From contig JAYWIR010000006.1 of assembly GCA_036172245.1 (NCBI GenBank), forward strand, positions 2,542,001-2,606,000: a stretch of DNA of 64,000 nucleotides, read 5' to 3'. This DNA comes from Raillietiella orientalis. Taxonomy: Eukaryota. The notes beneath the pieces are model-generated. The model saw only the letters and a program-made list of their open reading frames with translations, was not told where the DNA came from and made no database searches. Positions 61,706 through 64,000 of this stretch are shown here, one piece after another; within the stretch, counting starts at the first letter, position 1, and each line of letters begins with the position of its first letter. The translations under genes and the position numbers were made by a program.

Positions 61706-62750
61706 CTTCGTCGGCGAAAGCCACTGACGCCGCTCCTCGTCGTGGGTGCCCTCGAGGAATGGACCAAGTTCTCCCCTTTCGGCCCCCCCCCCCCCCGGCA
61801 GCTGGGCTCGTCGTGAAACATACTACTGGATCGGTTTTCCTGGGCTTGCCACCACCAGGTGTGCAACATCGGCCTGCTTGTCCCCCTCTCTCCCCCTCAC
61901 TCCTCTGTCGGAGTAGCAGGCGGGCGGGCAAGGAAGGAGGAGAGAGGAGAGAGGGAGCTTTCAGTGTTACCATTACACGATTCGGTCAGAATTTCTCAAA
62001 AAAATAAAAAACACCCCCTCCTCCCCTTCGTCCCCCCCCCCCCTTAAAATCGAACGACTTCCGGCACGCTCTGGACGCGAAGGATTCTGTCCGACCTCGT
62101 TGCCAGGTGCTTCCGTCCGCAGTAACGGCGCTCCGCGAGGAGGACGAGCAAGAGTAGTTGGAGCGGCCCGGACGAAGGAAGGTTGTGAAGGATTCCTCCT
62201 TCCCCTTTCTGCTTCTCCTCCTCCTCGTCGTGAGACCCCACCGATGCGACCGGCTTGCACGCCTCCCAGACGAGTGATGTAATGTGCGAGCCACTCCTCG
62301 CCCGACCCTTTTTGCCTTCCTCTTTCCTCTTTCCAGGCCTGCAGGCGAATCGTCTTCGCCAAGAAAAGTTCAATTGGCCGTTGTGAAACCCCGGAGCAGA
62401 GCAGCAGTCCCGTGCGCCTGCGCGGGCTGAAGATGCACTCCGGACGGTTCGCCCTCCTCCTCCCCTCCCCCCTCCTGCGCGCGCGAGCGCGCACGACTTT
62501 CGTCGCTGTCGCGCGCGCGCCTGGGAGGGGAGCCCAGATGTTGGGCAACACCCGTCTGTCCCCCACCGGTGCGGTGAAAAGAGATCCATCCGACTTCCCG
62601 TGGTCACGGGTGTCATCTCTTTCACGTCCGGAGCGCGCACAATGACGTGACCCATTTGTGGACGGACCAGCGCTGATGGGCGCCCCGCCGGCTCCGGAGG
62701 CGTTGCGCAACCCGCGCCCGCGAACGAGAGGCCTCCGAACGGGCGGCGTC

Positions 62751-62758
62751 TATAAAAA
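62751..62758 (+). promoter_or_regulatory. TATA box of the C-type lectin gene
   Basis: TATAAAAA in an otherwise very GC-rich context, 84 nt upstream of the ATG. Confidence 0.65.
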
Positions 62759-62834
62759 GGGTGAGCGAGTCGTCTCGAGCCAGAGGATCCTCAGGACTGG
62801 CCCCACGACCGAGCATCCCGCGCGACGTGTACCC

Positions 62835-63727
62835 ATGGAACTTCCCGGAAGCGGCCCCAAGCTGGGGTTCTGGCGCCTGCTGCTCCTCCTGGGAGTTCAC
62901 GGGGCAGCCGAAGGTAGGAAGGTCCCGGCATCCTTCCGGGAGGCAGGGAAAGGGGGGCGCCCCGCCGTAACTCTGTCCTTCCGGAGACGGGGGTAGTGCC
63001 CGGCGGGGAGCCAGGAGGGCGAGGTCGCGCGGCTGCTAACCGCTCGCCGGCTTCACGCGGCGGTGGGACTGCTCTGCCGCCCGGCTCCCCCGAAAGCGGG
63101 TCCGTGGGTCTTCCTCCTCTAACGGGAGTGTTTCCTATGTCTTCCAGCGATGCTCCAAATGAATACATTCGAGATTGGGTCGTCCAAGTACTTCTTCAGC
63201 AGCATGCACCCCTTCATGGGAGCCCTCAACTTCCACCTGGCTTACCAGTTCTGCAGGAACATCGGAATGGAGATGCTGAGCTTCGAGACAGTTGAAGAAG
63301 TCCGGGAGATCCAGTCCTTCCTCAACAAGACGAGTACGAACCGTTCTCGTCGCTCCCAATCGCCCGAAGAGGGTCTGTCCTTCTAGACCAGCTGCACGAG
63401 AGGTTCTGGACTTCCGGCAACGTCATTGGAGGGACGCACTGGCTCTGGCTAAGCACCGGACGGGAGTTCAACGCGACGTTTGGCAGGTGGACGAAGAAGG
63501 AGCTCTTGCAGACGTTGAGTACATCCCGGAGAAGGCGGTCCTTAACCCCCCTCCCTCCTTCCGCCTCCCACAGGTTCAGCCCGAAAGACAAGGAGGCTCC
63601 CCGCTGCCTCTTGTCCCTGGGGAACGGCAACTGGGAAGTGAACGACTGCAGGAAGAAGGAGCACTTCGTGTGCGAGCTGACCCGATGCTATCTGTACAAT
63701 TACAATTCCGTGTCCGTGCCGCCTTGA
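62835..63727 (+). CDS. Secreted single-domain C-type lectin; exons 62835-62913, 63148-63333, 63387-63513, 63574-63727; 181 aa
   Basis: Signal peptide MELPGSGPKLGFWRLLLLLGVHGAAE is followed by KYFFS..LNFHLAYQFCRNIGMEMLSFET..FWTSGN..WLWLSTG..CLSL...WEVNDC....FVCE (CTLD with four cysteines; resembles arthropod CTLs). Introns are GT-AG and phase-consistent. Confidence 0.92.
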
Positions 63728-64000
63728 GCCCTGGGGGCGGCGGAAGGGTGTCAGGCTGGTTGCAGAGGTCCCAGACGGCCGCGGCGGCGCGCCGTCGCCT
63801 GGAGGGGGATCGTGGCGCTCACGCAGCCTGCAAACGGAGACCTTCCTTTCGTCGATCGACGTGTGCGTTCCTCCCCGGGTTGTTTTTTCCTCTCCCCTCC
63901 CCCTCCCCGCCTCCGCCACCGCATTCGCACTCCGCGGCACGCAGCCTCAGGAACTCGGAGCCTCGCTCTGGACCGTGTTCGCGTGAGGCGCCTGCGGAGC

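Noticed and set aside
1..64000. Prokaryotic-type systems (CRISPR array, operons, defence islands)
   Set aside because: No regularly spaced repeat-spacer array or operonic gene run was seen. The window has spliceosomal introns and eukaryotic transposons.

Overview
This is a eukaryotic (invertebrate, most likely arthropod) nuclear window. I could reconstruct four spliced protein genes by hand. OSGEP/Kae1 (minus, 6 exons, 334 aa) sits tail-to-tail with a small CAAX-ending protein gene. The others are a type II pantothenate kinase (plus, 7 coding exons seen) and a secreted C-type lectin (plus, 4 exons, 181 aa). Their introns are mostly tiny (37-60 nt). The housekeeping genes lie in CpG-depleted islands within CpG-rich DNA. 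The rest is mainly decayed mobile DNA: several Penelope-like relics, a NeSL/Utopia/R2-type RLE retrotransposon, internally deleted piggyBac and pogo/Tigger elements, a tRNA-derived SINE family (about 6 copies) and at least 7 5'-truncated copies of one L1/Tx1-like LINE family. Three observations stand out. (1) A roughly 110-bp ATP synthase subunit a fragment reads correctly only in the standard/bacterial code and resembles Wolbachia/Rickettsiales atpB, so it is a probable endosymbiont-to-nucleus transfer. (2) The LINE family ends in a conserved stem-loop instead of long poly(A), almost always joins its target at TC, and has twice inserted at the same nucleotide of the SINE with 14-15-bp target-site duplications, which suggests a LINE that targets a SINE. 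(3) A perfect 23-bp hairpin lies inside a rearranged local duplication. All family assignments come from motif recognition by eye; no database searches were run.
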